Below are positions 62,095-64,000 of a stretch of 64,000 nucleotides of DNA, one piece after another. Positions within the stretch are counted from its first letter, which is position 1. The number at the start of each line of letters is the position of its first letter. The notes under the pieces were generated by a model. That model worked only from the letters and a program-made list of their open reading frames with translations, made no database searches and was not told the DNA's origin. The stretch is from the human T2T-CHM13v2.0 reference genome, Homo sapiens, in the NCBI RefSeq assembly GCF_009914755.1, contig NC_060935.1. The stretch is one strand, 5' to 3'. The position numbers were made by a program, and so were the translations under genes.

Positions 62095-62905
62095 AACAAT
62101 GTGGTGTATGTACATGATGGAATACTATTCAGCCTTCAAAAAGAAGGAAATGCTGCCATTTGAGACAACATAGATGAGCCTGGAGGATATTATGTTAAGT
62201 GACATAAGCCAAGCACAGAACGACATATACCACATGATCTCACTTATATGTGGAATCTAAAAAAGTTAAACTCAGCCAGGCATGGTGGCTCATGCCTGTA
62301 ATCCCAGCATTTTGGGAGGCTGAGGCTGGCAGATTGCTTGAGCCCAGGAGTTCGAGACCAGCCTGTATAACATAGCAAGACCCCAACTCTACAAAAAAAT
62401 ACAAAAATTAGTGGAGCGTGGTGGTGCATGCCTGTACTTCCAGATACTCAGGAGTCCGAGTTGGGAGGATTGATTGAGCTTGGGAGGTCAAGGCTGCGGT
62501 AAGCCAAGATCACAACCCTGCACTACAGCCTGGGCAATAGAATGAGATTGTCTCAAAAAAAAAGAAAGAAGAAGAAAAGAAAAAAGTTGAATTCACAGAA
62601 GCAGAGTAGAATGATGGTTGCCAGGGTGGGGAAGTGGGCAGATGCCAAAGGACACAGAATGTCATTTTTAGAGAAGAAGAATAAGTTCAGGATATCCATG
62701 GGACAACATGGTACCTATAGTTAATAACAACATATCATACACTTGGAAATCACTAAGAGAGCAGATTTTTAAATGTTCTCACCACAAAAAAATAAGTCTG
62801 GGAGGTGATATGTTATTTAGCTTGATTTAGCCATTTCATAATGTATACATACTTCAATCACATCATGTTGTATACCCTCTTGTACGTAATTTTTGTCAAT
62901 TCAAC
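62095..62905 (+). mobile_element. L1MA/MB 3' fragment, with an AluJ at 62274-62585
   Basis: ggaatactattcagcctt and ctcacttatatgtggaatctaaaaaag motifs. Confidence 0.8.
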
Positions 62906-62967
62906 AACTCCAAAAAACAAGACATTCTCTTTACAAAAATAATTATTAAAAATAAAATTCAGAATTC

Positions 62968-63275
<308 letters not shown>

Positions 63276-63505
63276 AGAATATAAAAGATTCTTTAATTCA
63301 ACTAAAACATTAAAACATAGATTATTTCTATAAGTGGTAATTGTTCTAACATGTTTTGGTCAAAATAGTCTCCTTACCCATCCACAATTAAATGGTTAAT
63401 TGACATTTGATTGGATATTGATAAAGTTTTCAAATCATGATTGACTTTTCCAATGTACAGTAAAATGTGCGTGAAAATATTTCATAAAAATTAATATTTA
63501 AAAAT

Positions 63506-63711
63506 GGTCAGGCACGGTGGCTTATGCCTATAATCCCGCACTTTGGAGGCCAAGGTGGGCCAATCACTTGAGGTCAGGAGTTTGAGACCAGCCTGGCCAA
63601 ACCTCATCTCTACTAAAAGTACAAAAATTAGTCAGGTATGGTGGCATGTACCTGCATTCCCAGCTACTTGGGAGGCTGAGGCAGGAGAATCCCTTGAACC
63701 TGGGAGGTGGG
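63506..63711 (+). mobile_element. 3'-truncated Alu
   Basis: Alu match ends at gggaggtgg. Confidence 0.85.
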
Positions 63712-64000
63712 TTCCCCAGGCTTAGAGCAAAACCCCCATCTTGTCTGTCTCCACTCTCATCCCAGGCAATCGCAGTCATTTCCACAGCCTCAACCACTGT
63801 CTACCTGGGATGCCTCCCAAGCCTGAGTCTCCAGCCCAAACCTGCCTTCCTAGCCCCAGACCCATCAGTCCTGGCACACATTGCCCCCTGGGTCCCAAGC
63901 AACCTCAGCCAGTGAGTCCAACGTCAACTTCCTGTCCTTGCCTGACACTGCCAGCCCTGAGATCAGACTTGACCATTCACCTCCAGTACCTGATAGGTCC

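Overview
Primate (human or great-ape-like) non-genic DNA. Most of it is interspersed repeats: about 40 Alus, several L1s, L2/MIR, MaLR and ERV LTRs, and hAT/mariner MITEs. I see no intact protein-coding gene, no rRNA or tRNA gene and no CRISPR array. Nearly all ORFs in the track are repeat-derived or chance. Recognisable items are: the 5' part of a HERV-T/S71 provirus (minus strand, 1-3222), a solo MER11 LTR, a U6/L1 chimeric retrocopy, processed pseudogenes of SNRPC, RPS3A and RPS24, a long nested L1MA carrying a complete THE1, and a 5'-deleted HERV-K(HML-2) remnant with an LTR5A-like LTR. From memory, this pseudogene/ERV combination resembles the multi-copy OR7E/FAM86/ALG1L segmental duplicon. 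I did not find a new gene system. The most interesting signals are mutational and repair fossils: (i) APOBEC3-type G-to-A editing of the HERV-T gag, with conserved Trp codons turned into stops, plus a possible Cys-rich pre-gag ORF; (ii) a CpG-intact AluY with seven same-strand G-to-C transversions; (iii) a HERV-K env replaced by about 260 bp of non-env sequence; (iv) several short templated insertions, two with a visible donor in this window. Subfamily calls and consensus comparisons come from memory and manual alignment, and boundaries of old repeats are approximate.
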